The notes beneath the pieces are model-generated. The model ran no database searches and was not told the DNA's origin. It saw only the letters and a list, made by a program, of their open reading frames with translations. The translations under genes and the position numbers were made by a program. Of a DNA stretch of 64,000 nt, positions 62,970 through 64,000 are shown piece by piece. This stretch comes from Entomortierella parvispora E1425 (Eukaryota > Fungi > Mortierellomycota), in NCBI GenBank assembly GCA_020891255.1, contig BQFW01000007.1, forward strand, positions 1,612,001 to 1,676,000, written 5' to 3'. The stretch's first letter is position 1, and each line of letters starts with the position of its first letter.

Positions 62970-64000
62970 TTAAATCTCTCCAGCCTGATGGGCCAAAGAG
63001 TAAAAGAGCGAATGCCGGTTCTTGAGCAAATCCTTGGGCGCCTCAAACTCCTGAACGCGTCCTTGGTCGAGGACCAAGATCTTGTCGGAATCCATGACAG
63101 TCTTGATCCTGTGCGCGATCGTGATCACGGTCCGGTCCTTGAATTCACTGCGGATCGTCTTTTGGATCAGATCGTCCGTCTCCACATCCACGGCCGCCGT
63201 GGCCTCGTCCAGGACCAAGATCTTGGACTTTCTCAGCAAGGCACGGGCCAAGCAGATCAAGGATTTCTGTCCAACAGAGAAATTCTCGCCATTCTGAGCC
63301 ACCTCAAAGGACAGGCCGCCTTGCAAGGTCGAGATGTGGTCCTTCAGATGCGCCCTTTCCAGTGCCTCCCACAGGTCCACATCTTCGTGCTCGTGGAAGG
63401 GGTCCAGGTTATCACGGACAGACCCAGCAAAAAGGGTCGGGTCCTGAGGGATGATGGCCAGATGGGAACGCAACACCTTCAGTCCCAATGTCGAAATGTC
63501 CACGCCATCAATCTCGATGGACCCTCCATCCGTGGCACGGTGCACTGCGTCCGATAACAGGCTCTGCTCCAGCAGCTGACCATTCGCGTTCATGGGATCA
63601 CTTGCTCGAGCCCAGTAACTGTCTGCAGCCTCAATGATTCGGAACAGGGCCAACGTCAATGAAGATTTGCCAGCACCCGTACGACCCACCACGCCGACCT
63701 TTTCCTGAGGTTCAATCGTCAGGTTCACATCCTGGATACACAAGTCCAGGCCTTGACGGTAACGGGCCGAGAATCCTTTAAAGGCAATTCGACCCTGAGC
63801 AGGCCACTGCTCTGGCAGAATCACCCCAGTCTCCAAAGGAGCCTCCACAGGCAAGGTCGAGTATTCTTGGATTCGCTCCAATGACACAAATTGGTTCTGG
63901 ACCTCACTCATGGTCCTAACCAGGATCGAGATCACCATCGTCAAGTTCAAGGCGTAGGCTAGAGCCATTCCAACCAAACTGGGATCCAAACGATCGGCAT
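62970..64000 (-). CDS. ABCC/MRP ABC transporter, 3' part (end of TMD2 and NBD2); starts beyond the right edge
   Basis: Motifs: VGMALAYALNLT, VSLERIQEY, WPAQG.I.F, VGRTGAGKSSL, IIPQDP.LF.G, GENFSVGQKSLICLARALLRK, LDEATAAVD, TIAHRI. Confidence 0.95.
   Translation of the reverse strand, partial: ADRLDPSLVGMALAYALNLTMVISILVRTMSEVQNQFVSLERIQEYSTLPVEAPLETGVILPEQWPAQGRIAFKGFSARYRQGLDLCIQDVNLTIEPQEKVGVVGRTGAGKSSLTLALFRIIEAADSYWARASDPMNANGQLLEQSLLSDAVHRATDGGSIEIDGVDISTLGLKVLRSHLAIIPQDPTLFAGSVRDNLDPFHEHEDVDLWEALERAHLKDHISTLQGGLSFEVAQNGENFSVGQKSLICLARALLRKSKILVLDEATAAVDVETDDLIQKTIRSEFKDRTVITIAHRIKTVMDSDKILVLDQGRVQEFEAPKDLLKNRHSLFYSLAHQAGEI

Overview
Intron-rich, gene-dense eukaryotic DNA from a fungus. 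The gene families suggest an early-diverging Mucoromycota species, probably Mortierellaceae (inference). I can reconstruct about 25 protein-coding loci by joining ORF fragments at splice sites. Housekeeping genes: RPB3, AK6/Fap7, a Ca2+-binding mitochondrial ATP-Mg/Pi carrier (Sal1-like), haspin, an EFM7/NNT1-like methyltransferase and a HINT3-like HIT hydrolase. Other recognisable genes: three co-oriented ABCC/MRP (Ycf1-like) transporters (two cut by the window edges), a MedA-type transcription factor, an O-fucosyltransferase, a gp78/AMFR-like RING-H2 ligase, a cyclin Y-like gene, CYRI/FAM49, three tandem DUF1772 genes and a GPI-anchored secreted protein. There are also several low-complexity orphans and two apparent pseudogenes. 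I found no rRNA, tRNA, CRISPR array or intact transposon. The most unusual items are (1) a stand-alone EXD2 C-terminal HNH-like protein without the exonuclease domain, (2) an orphan with PPxY motifs and three copies of an unrecognised C-x2-C-x10-C-x3-H module, (3) a HAX1-like protein, (4) CYRI, (5) a gp78-like ligase with a UIM-like motif where gp78 has a CUE domain, and (6) a strong 65-nt hairpin upstream of an 83-aa small ORF. I do not see a single multi-gene novel system; these appear to be independent observations. All family assignments come from motif recognition and were not checked by database search.
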